Shown here: positions 37,301-49,000 of the stretch, in pieces
How the letters are laid out: every line of letters starts with the position of its first letter
Position numbering within the stretch: the first letter of the stretch is position 1
Source: Psammoneis japonica
Lineage: Eukaryota
Assembly (NCBI GenBank): GCA_008632985.1
Contig: QPGO01000009.1
Span: 620,001-684,000 of the forward strand
DNA length: 64,000 bases
Direction: 5' to 3'
Made by a program: the position numbers and the translations under genes
The notes under the pieces: generated by a model
What the model saw: the letters and a program-made list of their open reading frames with translations, nothing else
The model's database searches: none
What the model was told of the DNA's origin: nothing

Positions 37301-39461
37301 GACGTCTCCTCATGCTTGGCATCGAGGATGCAGCTGTCCCGCACTTCATCATCGTTAGCTGGCTCGTCAGCCAAGTCGTCAAGCCACTGCTGGATGCCAG
37401 TCCGTTGATTTCTTGGTTTCATCGCGATGCTTGAATTGAGCCACTTGACAATTCTGTGTTCGAAATCTAACGTGACACCTGCTCTTGCCAAGAAGTCCTG
37501 CCCAAGGATCACACCGCATTGGCAAGGTGAGTCAAACACATGCGCATGCATGCCATCAACACGCTTGGTCTTGTCAAATTCAGGGAGCACCACATCCCGC
37601 AGTCAAACGGCAACGAGTCGATTCGAATTCTCCCGCTGTCGTCCGAAACTTTGCAACAATTGGTCCTGTTTCCTCCAATGCTGGCACCGCTCCAACTGGC
37701 AACACCCGAGCATGAATCATTGAATGAGTTCCACCGGAGCCGAGCAACACCCGCATCACGCGCTTGCTTTCCTTGTCTTGAATGAATCGCGCCGCGAACA
37801 AGGTTGCAGGGACCACGTTTAAAGGTTTGGTTGGTTTTGTTTTTGGGGTTGGCACAGCGTGCTCAAGTCCCACATCGTCTTTGTCATTCACAGCACAATT
37901 TTCGAAATCGTCATCATCAAACAAATCAGCAGCATGCGCGCGACAATCATCAATGCAATCAGTGCAATCATCAAACATGCAGGAATCAGGAGCGACACAC
38001 TCGGACGACAGCTCTTCAAGCTCATTGGGTCAGTGTCGACCGCGTCCGGAGAAGCAACCACCAGGTCAAAAACTTCCCGCTCCACCTCGATGCTCACGAG
38101 GCCCTCCTGTTGAATCAAGATGATGGCTTTCAGCAGACCAATCATTGGGAGGAGCCATTCTGGCTGGATTGCCGCAACCGCCGCCATCTGCATTGGTTCG
38201 GGTGTCGTTTTGACATTGCATGCAGGAGCCACCATCTTCATGATGCTCGCCGCTGTTGCCGCCAGAGTCACAGTTTCCTCGACCGCCACAATTTCCTTGG
38301 CCACCACCACGACCTTGACAGCCATGGCCTTGCCAACCACGACCTTGAGTTCCGCCACAACCACAACCTCCACCGCGACCGCCACCTCAACCACCGCGGC
38401 CACCACATCCGCAACGCCACAATCAGTTCTTGGACGGCAGTTGTTGGAGTCAGGATTCACGGTGCAATCTTTCCACTTGTGATTGTGATGTGCAATGGAC
38501 ATTGGGATTCTGGGTCAATGCGATTGCCTTTCTTCTTGTTCGAGCTGCCTTTAGACTGTCCATCCTTGCGCTTTTTCGATGTCTTCTTGTTCCTGTCCGC
38601 AAACGATTTCTCTGTGCTCACATGCGTGACAATTTCCGCTGGCATGTCATTTCCAATCGTGCGTCCTGCTCTTGCACACATCTCGCGCCACGACAGAGGG
38701 AAGCTGTCAAAAATCATCTTCTTCTTCTGGTTCTGAGCAACAACTGGATTGTTTCCCAGCAACGTGCCAAAGTTTCCATTCGATCCGCGTGTGCCTGTGC
38801 TTCAACGTCGTGCGGCTTTTTAAGAGCAAGCAAGCATTCAATCATCGTGTCACGTGCTTCAGTTTCACAATGCGACAAATAAAAACGAGCCAATTCTTGG
38901 TCAAAACGAGCCACCGTCTTCTGCGCATCTGGAATCGCCATGGTGAGATTGGACCATTTGTCTTCAGCAGCATCCGCCAACACTTCCTCAAAGTTGTCAA
39001 ACAATTCTTCTCCCGCAGTGAATTCGAGTTTTGCAGCCAGTTTACGAAAACGATCTTCCACGAACAACAACGCTTCAATTCCATTGCTTCCGTCAAAACG
39101 AGGGCACTTTTTTGTGCACGTGCTTCCATCGTCGTGCGATTGAGTCAACTTTGCGAGCTCCAAATCCGAATGGGCAAATTTCGCAGCATGCAAAATGCAC
39201 GGTTCCTTGGGGCTCTCGCGATTGCTCATCAGGCCAAGTTGGTCTGCCAAGGAACTGTTTCAAGCACTCTACCTTCGATTCGAGCTGTGCTGCTTGAATC
39301 GCCAAATCCTGTTCGCGTTGTTTTCGTGTCTCCTTTTCTCGTTTTTGCTCCAAAGCCCAGTTTGCTGCCGTCGCTCTCAATGTTCTTTTCTCTTGTTTCG
39401 CAAGCCTGTCAGTTGCATCGTTGTTTCTCATTCAGCTCTTTACAATCGACTGCAGTCACAG

Positions 39462-39625
39462 TGCAAGCTCAAGCTGAGGTTGGTGTCAAAACAAAGAAGT
39501 GAGCAGACCGAAGAGAGGGGGAGCCCAAGCGTCAGTGAGCGCTGGCGAGCCCTCTCAAACGGCTACGTTAATCTAACATCCAAAATTAATGCTATGTGTC
39601 AGAAGCGTGCGAGTGAGTTGCTGCA
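39462..39625 (-). repeat. 5' LTR (164 bp)
   Basis: Direct repeat of 34199-34362. It retains several TpA sites lost in the other LTR. Confidence 0.95.
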
Positions 39626-39645
39626 TCTTGTAACAAGTCTTTTAA

Positions 39646-40040
39646 GGGGGGTCATCCCCGCGTTTATCCTAAAATTACCGTTGCATTTGAATAAGGTTTT
39701 TTATAGTGTTTATTTTTGAATACAAGAATTATTCATAGTCACACCCGATCGCGCACGAAAACGAGAACCATCAACACCGCGATCGAAGCACGACGATGAT
39801 GACAATCATCGATATTTCTCAAAAACGTAGTTTGCCGTCTACCAACTTTTCATGTATATACAATCTTTGATACATAACAAACATAAAATAAATGAGAGTT
39901 GGTAGACGGACCACCTCCGTCACAGACTTATAGCTTGTTGTTTTCACCACGGTGAAGCACGGTGAAATTCAGGAAAAATCATGCAAAACACGAGCTATTC
40001 GGCCGAATTCGAGCTAAAAAAAAGTAGCAACCGACCACCC
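39646..40040. mobile_element. 395-bp non-autonomous DNA transposon with TTAA target duplication and GG...CC ends (Kolobok-like)
   Basis: TTAA|GGGGGGTC...GACCACCC|TTAA. Removing it and one TTAA restores collinearity with the homologous empty site at about 41584-41606 (reverse strand). Confidence 0.7.
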
Positions 40041-40429
40041 TTAAATGACTTGTTACGTGTGTCTATCTGCGCTTGGTTCGGTTTCTGATCACAAAACTAT
40101 ACTATGTACTCGGAGTATCTCTTGGGCATTCCTAACTTGATGGCCGGCACTGACTGATGAAGCAGAAGTAGACAGAATGCTCTCAGCGCAACGTTCAGCT
40201 TCGGCAATTGACTGCTTTCCGGAAAACAATGCTGGAGATGGAAAACGAATGCGAGACTCACAGCGAAGGACTTATTCTTCAACTATTTTGTATTTAGAAA
40301 ACTACATATCTCCTAAGGCTTATTCAAACATGGATCAACCTCTCTAATTAAAATGCAATCCTCTTGACCAAACTGCATGGCATAGGTGCTTTACATCACT
40401 GCTAGTCACAGAGTTGTCATACGGTGTCG

Positions 40430-41332
40430 CTAACCAGCGCAACAGCATTGTACCGAGTACTCCAGCCATTTTACTCTCGAACCGATGAGATCCGTAGTAT
40501 CCCGCGTGAGTATGGTTGCAGTACTACCTCTGCGTGTCATGCCCATTACGTACATCTTGAACTCCCCTTCAGGGTTTATGTCTTTCCCTAGCGACACGGC
40601 AGGGCTGATATCCACTCCTGTCACTGGACAAGAGTTGCTCTGGGCCAACCAAGCACATTCCACAGTGCTGAGAACCACATTTGTTGACGACACTTTCAGA
40701 TAGTATCCATCGTACTCCCCAGGTCCGCAATCAAATGTTAGCCACAGTCTATCCAGGGTCTTACAGAAAGGGCTGGTCAAGCTTTCTATTTTGTTGTAGT
40801 AGCAGTGGGCGCTAAAGTAATCTGCTCCCACTCCATTGCAGTTTACTTTCCAACTGCCCAGATAGTTTCCGCTATCTTCATCCCTAATACATGGTATCGT
40901 GACTTTCTCGTCCCCGAAAGATTTGACTTTGCATCGCCTCCAATCACCTGTCTTGTGGTTTTTGGCACCTAACCTCCATGCACTCGTTGAGCCAGGCAGT
41001 GATTTCAATATTTGGGTGGATACACCTACGTCAAATCTCTCTGTGCGAGTGAAGTCCGAACACCACGGGTAACTATTTTGGGGTATACATTCAGCAGCAG
41101 CTGCCGCACAAGCGGATGCGGGCACCAATGGCTCACCTTCCCGCTCTACGCCGTCATCCACAGCTAAGCACTCTGTATACTTATCTAACGTGCGTAAGAC
41201 GCGTTTGGGGTTTGAGCACACCCCATTGCCCTCCTCGCCAATAACCCGCGATGATGACGATGATGGTTTCACACCTTCAACGCATATTATCGCTAACGTA
41301 CATATTGCTGAAAGAAGTGCCTGACTCGTCAT
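40430..41332 (-). CDS. Secreted Cys-rich hypothetical protein (300 aa)
   Basis: Uninterrupted ORF with a signal peptide and normal Tyr/TpA content. Confidence 0.7.
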   Translation of the reverse strand: MTSQALLSAICTLAIICVEGVKPSSSSSRVIGEEGNGVCSNPKRVLRTLDKYTECLAVDDGVEREGEPLVPASACAAAAAECIPQNSYPWCSDFTRTERFDVGVSTQILKSLPGSTSAWRLGAKNHKTGDWRRCKVKSFGDEKVTIPCIRDEDSGNYLGSWKVNCNGVGADYFSAHCYYNKIESLTSPFCKTLDRLWLTFDCGPGEYDGYYLKVSSTNVVLSTVECAWLAQSNSCPVTGVDISPAVSLGKDINPEGEFKMYVMGMTRRGSTATILTRDTTDLIGSRVKWLEYSVQCCCAG

Positions 41333-41553
41333 CTTCTTGTAGCTTCAACTGTTACGTTTGCTCGTCACCACTTCTCTTCTCTTTCTGCCCAATGGCGCCA
41401 ATTGATAGTTGATAATGTAGTTGTTATTGTTAGGTTCTCGAATTGTAAGATGATGTAGAACAGATCTCTACTCTAGCTAGTACTAGTAGAGTAGTAGAGA
41501 GAGCTACTCTCGCAGAGATCTCGTAGATTCTGTGTAGAACGTAGTAGTTGAAG

Positions 41554-41720
41554 GTGATCAGAATCCGAACCCAGTCACATACAATAAGTCATTGAAAAGA
41601 CTTATTACAAAGGGATAAGTCATTGAAATGACTCGTTTAACTCGCGGAGAAACATTCTGAAAATCACCCAGTTGATGTAGATAGGACACGCACACGACAC
41701 GCACACAGACAGAAACACGG
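41554..41720 (+). repeat. Putative transposon terminus; inverted homolog of 34075-34198 + 39631-39645 + 40045-40092
   Basis: gtgatcagaatccgaacc pairs with ggttcggtttctgatcac (ends 40092). Both copies share twin palindromes aagtcattgaaa(a/t)gact and ggacacgcacacgacac. Confidence 0.75.
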
Positions 41721-44700
41721 ACAGGAATGCATTCTCTTTGGCACGATCCATGATGTTTGCTCTGTGGCACTTCTACACTGCATTCAATGATGGAAAATCA
41801 GCGACCCCATCTAGACCACAGCACTGCATGGGTTCCAGGAAGTCCCTGTGCCATCCACACAGGTTGGCGCTGTGGATGTCAGCATTGCATTGTACCTTCA
41901 TGTGATGTGGAGCCTTGTGCATGTTGGCAAGTGGTTTCTGCAGCTCATCAAACATGCTGCAGAACAGCTGGCCACAAGCACAAGGTCCTTCACCTCACGT
42001 TTGTCACTCTGCTGCCTTGGGCTGCTCCTGCAACAGGCAAAAACAGAACTGGCTGAGGCAAGCAAGCAGCCTTTGGTGTTCTGGATTGTTGGAGCCTTCT
42101 GGGAGAAACTGTGCTGCCAACAACAACTCATCTTGTTCCATGGAAGTGGCCCAAGCCTGAGATGGGAAAGTGACCTTGCCATCCTTGCTTGCTTTGCCAC
42201 ATGCAACAGTGCACCCCTGGGCTTGGAACCCACCTCCTCACTCATCCAGAGCCTCCTTGACCACCTCAAGACTGGCCGCACTAGCTGCTGGGCTGTTGTT
42301 GCCTTTGGCGACAAAAGCTGGCTTGGCATTGTCTGCACGACTGCCCTGTGGTGGTGCTTGGTGGTGTGCATCATTGCTTGCTTGAGGATGTGGCAGCATG
42401 ATGCCTCCTTGATGGATTTGGGGCACTCATCTCAGCCCCTGGTGCACTTGCTTTCCACATGGACCACAAGGAAGGCCTCCACACCTCTGACAGTCACAGG
42501 CCACTTTTTGGCAGAAATGGTGCCCCCCCCCCCCCCCCCCACACTCATTCTGGGTGTGCAGATTGTTGTGGTGCAGCAGATGGTGTGGTGGTGTGGCAAA
42601 GTGTTGAAAAAAAAATGATGTGGTGTGTGAACACAAATCTGCCCATCAACTCATGTGCTCATGTTTGGGGCTCTCAATGGAAATGTGTTGACAGGGCAGC
42701 TCCAAGCAGCACACATGTCTCCCACAGCCCAAAATGCCTCACCTTGTGTGTGACTGCATCCACTCTGAAAATGAGCTTTTGGTTTGATGCATGTTCTGGC
42801 AAACAATGATGGCAAGCCTCCCCGCTGTGCAAATCTGCCTCTCTCACAGCTTTGTCAAAACAGGCTTGCTTTCTTTGCCTTGATTCACAGTGGACAATGC
42901 ACCTTTGAAAGCTTTTGTGACACAACAATGAAACACATGGTGGTGGCACTCTTCATGAGAAAACACTTGTTGCCAGACTGGGTTGCTCAACCTGACATCA
43001 ACTCTGCTGAAGAGCAGGGCTTTGTCCTCTTGCCTGGATGAAATGAAAGAAAAAAGGTGAGTTGTGGCACTGTGAATTTGAGTCATGCAGCTTTGGTGGT
43101 TTCTTGCTTGTGCCTTGCTTGTGCCTTTGCTCAATTGTCACACTGTTGTTCTGCCATCTTTGTTTTCTGTGACATGTTTTCACTGTCATTGTCCAATTGT
43201 TGTGCTGAGTTTGTTTGATGACATGCAATTGTGCAGGCTTTTGAAACCCTCCAGGCAAAATTGGGCACCAAGGCTTGCCCCCCAGCTTTGGATGACTGGG
43301 CCTTTGATGGCCTTGAAATGAAGGAGCTGCTGCAGCTCATCCAAAGTGATGATGCATGGGAGCAACAAGTCCTTGGCAAGATCAAGTGAAGCCAGACAGA
43401 TGCACTGCAAGGTCAAAAATTTATTCTCAGTGATGACAAAGAAGAAGCGCAATTGTGGATCAAGGATGGAAGAAGTGTTGACCTTGTAGCTCTGACAACA
43501 GAAAAACCAGTCTTGCACCACACATGGGCCACTTGCTTGTTTGTCTCCCTCCAGCTTTAGATCTGCACATCAACAGCATTGTCCTTTTTCCCATGCAGCT
43601 CACTTCAAAATGCAGATGGAACAATGTTGCTCTCCTCTTGGCTCTTGACATTTTTCTCATGTGGAACAATGGAATGTTCTTGCAACACTCTGAACTGCGT
43701 GGGCCACAGCCATTTCCCATCTCTCTGTTGCCAGCAGTGGCTGCCTTCCAACCTTGGTTCAGCAGTTGGGAGCACATGTGTGGAAGCACCACACACAAAA
43801 ATGCGAGCAAAAGAGTGAGAAGAAGCACAACATGGCAAAAGCATGTGAGACATGAAAGAACCAAGAGGCTGTCAAATTTCCAAAAAAAAAAGAGTGGAAG
43901 AACAAACTCATCATTGCAACTGCAATTTGTGGAATTCAAAGTTTTCAACAAGCACAGAAACTCTGAAGCAAAGCTGTTTGACAGGCTGGGGAGGTGTGTG
44001 GAAGTGCAGTGAGTTGGCATGTGCAAAGAGAGGGGGGGGGGGGGGGGGGGGGGGTGCGCACCAGATGGGGTGGCAAGTTTGCTTGGAGTCCAACTTCTCC
44101 TGTGAACAATGGGACAGTTGACTGGCAAGAGCCTTGGCAGTGGCAAAACCAAGGCTTGCAGCCCCCATTCAGGTGGGGACACTGACAGCAAAGCAGGTCA
44201 CTCCAAATTGGGAGAAAGAAGCCAGCTCATGCACATGGCAGGGGCAGACCAGAAAAGGCTTTGGGGCAAACAAATGGCACAGGAGGAGGCAGCAAATTCT
44301 GAAGGGTGCTGGAAAGAGGCTGCAGTGATCCAGGGAGGAGCTGGAGGGAGAGACAGGGTGTGTTCTCAGTGGCACCAACAAGCAGGGGAGAGAATGGGAA
44401 AAATGTTTCCAGGCACCAAAGTGGTTGACAGTGAGTGAGACAATGCAGACACTGTTTTGTCATCAAGGGAGCAAGCAAAAGCAGGACCAAACTGGGCCTT
44501 GTGGCTTCCACAAGACTTCGTTGGCTTGGGGATGTTGTTGTTGTTGTTGCCATCACATTGGATTGTGCATGGGTTTGCCTGCAGGTTTGTGTGCGTGCAA
44601 GACACCAACAGTCACGGAGAGTGTGTCGTGAAAAATGAACAAGGGCTTGCCTGTGGATCTGTGCATGTGGCACTCACTTCTTTTTGTGCACTGCATGACC

Positions 44701-45480
44701 TGCCCAATTCATGTGTTGCCTCCATGATGTTTGTTGTGCAATTGTGCACACATTCAATTCTGACCAACATCTCAACAACTCTGCATGTTCTTTGGCACAA
44801 AGTTGGCAATGGGAAGAGAGGGGTGGCGCGTGGTGTTGGATGTCTTGAAGTGAAGTTAACGCTGCAAAGATTAAAGACAGCCTCAATCATTTGTCAGCTG
44901 TCTCTGCACTTAGCTGGTCACAAAAGCTGCTGTTTGCAAACCCTGTGCCACTGGCAGAGGGGAGAAGGGGGAAGAAATTGTTCAAAACAGAGAAGGTCAA
45001 GAGAGAAGAACAAGGAGCTGGAACCATCACTCAAATCAATGGACAAGATGTCTTCTTCAATTGTTGACAACTTTTGCACTCATTGAAAAGGTCTGGGCTT
45101 CATTTGAAATGACTGGAATTTTTTGTGTCAGCTGCTGCCAGAGACAGCGACGACCAATGCAAGAAGGGCGCAGCGTCATGAGAGCTTGGGACATTTTGTG
45201 CTCTTCTTCTTTGCAGCCAGTGCAGAATGAGCATGTGCCATTAAAGTTGATTGGCATGGTGTCGAATCTTCACAACCATACAGAAGGGGAAGATGGGTGC
45301 TCAGCTGAGAGGGGGCTCGACCCACTGCTCGCCGTCAGCGTGGAGGGCCGCAGAGAGGACACCACCAGCATCTCTTTGTGGTGTGGCCCTGGTGGGCCAC
45401 CACTCTCTAGAGCCAGGCTCTTTTTGAACCAGCATGCATGTGCTGTTGCATGTGTTCAGTTTTCATGGCACAGTGTAAGA
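41720..45480. mobile_element. TpA/CpG-depleted degenerate repeat block, unclassified
   Basis: Same compositional signature as 21.8-34.2 kb, with long C18 and G23 runs. No domain recognised. Confidence 0.6.
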
Positions 45481-46006
45481 AAGCATCCAATTGTTGAGAG
45501 AAACAATGCGATGAATGTGCTTCTTCTTTCCGCATTTACGGTTTTTCCGCCGTTTTCCGCCCGTCGTCCGGCGCCCGTATCGTTTCATCAACCGGTTTGG
45601 ATCGTGCGTGACACGACTTGACACCCCGGGTTTCGGCACCTGCAGAACATTCTTTCTTAGTACAAAATAATCATGTAAAATATACGTGAGTCATGGAATC
45701 CTGGGTAGCACCTCTTCGAAAAGCGTGCTCTACGTACCGAGTACTGAGCTTTTGCGTACGTAAAAATCATACAGAAATTTCTATGATACTTGAACTTTCT
45801 CAATCAAACGCACCCACCGACTGACGACGAGCGAGAAATTGAAAAAATGAGCCACGTCTTCGTCTCTTGCTTTCTGGTTGACAACAAGCCATCTGGAACC
45901 AATTTCAACATCGTATCAGCAGGCTGCAAGATCCTTCCCAATGCCAAACGTCCACATGAGGAGATAATACGTAGTTTGTAAAGTCTTGACGCCGTTTTCT
46001 TTTCAG

Positions 46007-49000
46007 ATGAGGAACAACAAAATGAGATCGCGGTCAAGACGCCTGTTCATCGTCTTGTTGCATCTTGTCGGTGTCAGTACTCATTTGCCTCGACGGCACG
46101 GGAGTCATGTCGGTATTGTGGGTGTTCATCCCATGGCGATCTTATTGGAGCGATTAGAGTTGGAAGCCTATGAGGATGGATTGGATGGCTTACTAAAACA
46201 GGCTGCCGAATGGCATGGTCAAGATGAAATTCTGTCTGATCCGTACTGGCTGCAGGTAAGTGTGTGGACTCGATGTGATTATCATCAATTGCTGCTGTTG
46301 AAAGTATGGTTTATTCAGAGGTTTGTCTTACTTATGCTTTTAACGTTGTTTTTCAGGACGATGTCGATGGAAAATGCTATGGTCCCGGTGGCTTTTCAGA
46401 ATGCGGTGATGCAACACTTTGGCAGTTGAGACGACGGCCTACTGACGAGCAGAGGAGAGGATTGCTATCAGCTTTTGGTTCTAAACACAAAAAGGAATAT
46501 AATGGATATGCTTTGCAATCGTTTAATGTGGAGACGATTTTGACTGGCGGCAGTAATGTTGATGACATCAAGGGGAGAAAAGAAAAGGCGTTCAGCGGAG
46601 ATTGTCTCGTGGCTGACGATGCAGTGACGAAACGAAAACGACGAATCGCACGAGACAGGCAAGATGTAAATTTCTTGGGACTGGGAGATTGTTCGTCGGC
46701 ATGGTCATGGAAGATTAATGGAAAGGGCGTCTTGTACCAGGAGATTGAGGAGCGCAACGACGCACGGAGTATGCACATGGCACAGCCACCCATGTTTCAG
46801 GGACAGCGTGTACGAACACGCTGTTTGTGGAGAAGGAATGCTACTTCAGCCGTTCTGTCACCGTGCAAGACAGAACCATTAAAAGAAAAGGAGGTAATAG
46901 ATCAGGGTAAGCGATTGGTGAGCTTTTCACTGGTTCGATACCAAGCAACAACCACTACATCTTTGTCAACATCTTCACATCCATCCGTCACAACAACCTC
47001 AGGAGGTGGTGGAGTACTGCCATCATCGGGAGATGACGGTGCAGAAGAAAAAGAGAGTATTCATCCAGATCATGTAAAAACTACAAGTGACAAGGCACAC
47101 ACTCGATCCATGGGGCTTGCTATGCATCCAGAGCTGAAACCGCCACAAGAACTACTCTTTCCTAGACTAGGTGACTTGCACCGACGCCAAGGGAGTGGAG
47201 GAGGTGCGCCTTCGAAAAAGAAACGAAATGCTCGGACTCCGTCTATTGCTATCTTGAAGGATAGCAATCCAATCATTTTTCAATTACAACAGCAGAAGCG
47301 ACAGGAGGAAGATTCAGATTTTATACAGACCGACGCAGATGAAGAGGAAATCGAAGCGCTTTCACTATCGGTCGACACTGAACCCTCATCTTCGATATCT
47401 CGACCACGTAGAATGCCGATTCATCCTTATATTGCAGCGTGTGAAAATGAGGTATGGACCGATCCCCAAACAGGTCTGGATTATCTTACGGATATCAGTG
47501 ATTATCTAGGATATGGTCGTAGAGCTGCAGGCAGACACACGTTGATGGGTGTTGGCCAATACACTCGAACCGTCTTCAACATCAAGGTCTATGGCGTGGC
47601 GTTGTATGTATCAAAGCGCGACGTCTTGGCCGACCCTCTTTTTCAACCGTACGCAACCATGACTGCCGACGAGCTACGAGAGTCGTGGAGGTTTTATTCG
47701 CATCTTCGCAACATGCCATCTCGTGTGGATCCCAACGCGGGTTTGTTTGATCGATCCATTTTTATCAAATTGAACATGCAAATATCAGTTGATCACATGA
47801 GAACTAGTCTTGAGGCAGATTGGAGAAAGCTGTCTGAACAAGACAAGGAGCTCTTGATTGCATGCAGTCTCAACCCAAGACCAGCGCTCGAGCCAATGCT
47901 ACAAAAGATCCAGAGCGACGAAAACCCTAGTCGCTGCTCTTGTGGGCAAATCGCACCAGAGGAGTATCGTGCTGACCCTACGTGTTGTGCAAGAGGAACA
48001 GAGCTGGTGTTTACGTGGCGTAAGAACGGTGATCTGGAGGTGAGTATGTGTTTGCGAAAGTATCTGTGCGTGTCTGCTGTACGATACCCTGGTCTTATTC
48101 TTATACAATTTGCTCCATTGTACTCGCACAGGTTCGCGTGGATGGGAGAGTCATGGATATCTTTCCTTCACCAAAAATGGCAAAAGGGATATTCTACGAG
48201 TATTTGCGTACGGACGATCCCATCAGTCCTGATGCGGTTCAAAGATTTGCCGACGGTTTTCCCTTTCTCTTGGCACCGCTAGCACAAGTCAAGGGCGTCT
48301 CGTCAACAGCAATGTCATCTGGCGCTCCTGATGCGTCGTCATCTGATGCGGGTGGTGGCGGAATGCTTAGTGCTATTAGCGGCATGGCTAACATGGTTTC
48401 GTCTCAATCAATTGGAGCCGCAGAGTGGTTGCAACAAAACGCAGTTGGAATGGCATCGAATATAGCGAGTGCAGCGCGATCAACGGGTGAATCTGTACGG
48501 AATCTAGGCGATGAGATGTACAAGCGGCGCGGTCAAGTGTGGACTCAAGTCGCATCAATGCCAGAACAGAGTGTACAATTCTTATCTGCTCGTGTCCATG
48601 ATGTAGCCGCCAACGTTAAATCGAGAAGAGATCGACGAAAGGGTCTTGTCTTGGTGACTACAGCAAAAGAAACAGCTTCTGACTCGTCCTCTTCTGATGA
48701 AGCTTCCGCACCGCGAGGCCGAGTGGATCGATCTCCCATTGCGCATTGGTTTGGTGAAGAGCCGGCTCTTCCCGACGAGATTGGCCCAGCATTGGAACCA
48801 ACAATGGATATTACAAGAAGGATATTCTTGTTCATGGTGCATTTGTATTTGCTACTGCTATTGATTGTAAGCATGCCAGGATCTTACACTCGCACTCGAC
48901 TGAAAGTGGTCCGAAAATCTAGCAGCTGTGCGAGCAGCAGAGTAAGCTTTACAGACACAGAAGACGGCTTGATATCGTCTTCATCAGAAGAAGAGGACAC

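Larger units (their letters stand above)
34199..39625 (-). mobile_element. Structurally complete 5427-bp Ty3/Gypsy LTR retrotransposon, inactivated
   Basis: Two 164-bp TG...CA LTRs and a perfect 5-bp TSD TCTTG (34194-34198 and 39626-39630). PPT GGAAGGGAAGAG adjoins the 3' LTR. gag-PR-RT-RH-IN order: LDLSMMCC, ACIDD, TDASDCQMGAV, EKELLAV, HAG..CADC, VDLIGPW. Confidence 0.95.

Noticed and set aside
39440..39461. tRNA primer-binding site of the complete Gypsy
   Set aside because: No canonical TGG start follows the 5' LTR, so no tRNA could be assigned by eye.
21800..45480. Classical RIP, or CpG decay alone, as the explanation
   Set aside because: RIP creates TpA rather than removing it. CpG decay cannot turn Tyr codons into His/Cys, and CpG is largely retained in the young Gypsy and the RAP gene.
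21800..45480. Alternative genetic code or foreign (viral) DNA explaining the lack of Tyr
   Set aside because: The same change affects non-coding LTRs, and a homologous copy at 54.2-55.0 kb has normal Tyr codons.
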